The position numbers and the translations under genes are program-made. This document shows, one piece after another, positions 62,923 through 64,000 of a stretch of DNA of 64,000 nt. The DNA is taken from positions 29,163 through 93,162 of the IMG/VR virus record IMGVR_UViG_3300044712_000557. One strand, written 5' to 3'. The notes under the pieces are model-generated. The model saw nothing but the letters and a program-made list of their open reading frames with translations, did no database searches and was not told where the DNA came from. The stretch is from a virus. Numbering within the stretch: position 1 is the stretch's first letter; every line of letters begins with the position of its first letter.

Positions 62923-63174
62923 TCAGTCATCTCCACGCGATAGGTAATCGTCGCCTGGAACGTCTTGTACTTTAACGCTGTCATCAATCAACTCCAGCGG
63001 CTTTGGCTTGGGCCATCGAACCGCGATCTTTCGGAAGCAGCTATTGCAGTAGTACTTTCCGTTGTGCCCCAAGACATACAGATGGTCGAGATCGAAGTCT
63101 CCGCAAACGTCACACCCGCGACAGGGAGGGAGACTTTCTTTGGTCGGACTATCTGACTGCTTCTTCTTGGCCAT
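62923..63174 (-). CDS. small Zn-finger protein
   Basis: CDVCG..YCNSC. Confidence 0.5.
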   Translation of the reverse strand: MAKKKQSDSPTKESLPPCRGCDVCGDFDLDHLYVLGHNGKYYCNSCFRKIAVRWPKPKPLELIDDSVKVQDVPGDDYLSRGDD

Positions 63175-63223
63175 ATCGAAGAATGGCGGGCCACATCTCT
63201 GCAGCCCGCCATATGGTTACCCT

Positions 63224-63382
63224 CTACTCGTCAGGAAGTCCGTCATGATCTTCCGGCTGATGCCTTCCAGCAGGGAAGGCGACGTGGTCATCGCAGATGA
63301 AGCTCCTGCATCCGAAGCACCACTCTGCGATCTGACCACATAGCCGGCACGAAACGTCATCGTCGTCCCTGAACTTGCCCAT
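63224..63382 (-). CDS. 52-aa Zn-finger protein (not in track)
   Basis: MGKFRDDDDVSCRLCGQIAEWCFGCRSFICDDH. Confidence 0.5.
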   Translation of the reverse strand: MGKFRDDDDVSCRLCGQIAEWCFGCRSFICDDHVAFPAGRHQPEDHDGLPDE

Positions 63383-63384
63383 GG

Positions 63385-63810
63385 CTAGAACGGGATGTCG
63401 TCGTCCAGTGCGCCGCCAACCTCGACCGGCCCCGTGCTCGTCTCGACCGTCGTACGCTGGGCCTCGCGACGAGATCCGCCGCCCTTGCCCTTCCCGCCAA
63501 GCATGATCACGTTGCCGCCGAAGCCGACCTTGACCCTAGGAGTGTTCCTCTTGTTGCCATCCTTGTCGGTCCACTCTTCGTAGACCATCTGGCCCTCGAC
63601 GTAAAGCTGCGAGCCCTTCTCGATGTAGGGCTGGATGGCCGTAGCCAACTTCCCAAAGACGCTGATCCTGTGCCACTGCGTCGTTTCGCGCTCCTTGTAC
63701 GTCTCCGATGTGGCCAGGGAGAAGCTCAGGATGTCTCCTCCGTTGGTCGACCTCAGCTCAGGCTCGCTACCGACATTACCAATCAGCGTGATCTTGTTGA
63801 GAGACTTCAT
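63385..63810 (-). CDS. ssb: single-stranded DNA-binding protein
   Basis: LNKITLIGNVG..FSLATSE..WHR..KGSQLYVEG; DDDIPF tail. Confidence 0.95.
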   Translation of the reverse strand: MKSLNKITLIGNVGSEPELRSTNGGDILSFSLATSETYKERETTQWHRISVFGKLATAIQPYIEKGSQLYVEGQMVYEEWTDKDGNKRNTPRVKVGFGGNVIMLGGKGKGGGSRREAQRTTVETSTGPVEVGGALDDDIPF

Positions 63811-63999
63811 TTACACTACCTCTTTCTTCAGAACCCAGTGATAGGTCTGACAATCGCCTACCGAGCCGTACTCGCTGTGTTCAATCGTCCACCAGCACGG
63901 CTCGACTTTATTGCGGTAGTCAGACAACGCCTGACCACCTAGTTTGTTGTAGAACTCACGGGTGAGATACAGAAACGTTGCGTCATTGATGATGCGCTT
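63811..63999 (-). CDS. partial hypothetical protein
   Basis: Open frame from the window edge ending at a TAA adjacent to the ssb ATG. Confidence 0.5.
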   Translation of the reverse strand, partial: KRIINDATFLYLTREFYNKLGGQALSDYRNKVEPCWWTIEHSEYGSVGDCQTYHWVLKKEVV

Positions 64000-64000
64000 T

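Noticed and set aside
18086-63942. Plus-strand ORFs opposite the structural genes
   Set aside because: Antisense shadows of long minus-strand genes, with no motifs.

Overview
The window is part of a tailed dsDNA bacteriophage, probably podovirus-like, with two convergent arms that meet at a terminator near 15.75-15.78 kb. On the + strand are a DnaB helicase, a ParB-like protein, a NinG-like nuclease and small genes. These are followed by a ~10 kb RNA island (5.27-15.06 kb) with 39 CCA-encoding tRNAs covering all 20 amino acids, plus one aberrant tRNA-like RNA. The island also holds two HNH endonucleases, a GGQ release-factor-domain protein, vWA, YkuK/RNase H-like and SLOG genes, and many structured non-coding segments. 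The - strand carries SSB, a dNTP diphosphohydrolase, a DHH phosphoesterase, terminases, portal, scaffold, major capsid, a glycosyltransferase/pyruvyltransferase trio, a lysis cassette, tail and fibre genes, ejection proteins (one of 2524 aa) and a lytic transglycosylase. The most unusual signals are these. (1) Two tandem circularly permuted tRNA-elbow mimics with closed acceptor stems (6526-6726). (2) Remodelled tRNAs: Leu without V-arm, two Ser with 7-bp anticodon stems and no V-arm, and an 8/4 Ser. (3) Four ORFs whose stop codons lie inside downstream tRNAs, in the same array as a GGQ rescue-type factor. (4) A four-deep nested domain insertion in a tail protein. (5) A structured capsid leader with GACAC repeats. 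All RNA folds and protein calls were read by eye; no searches were run.
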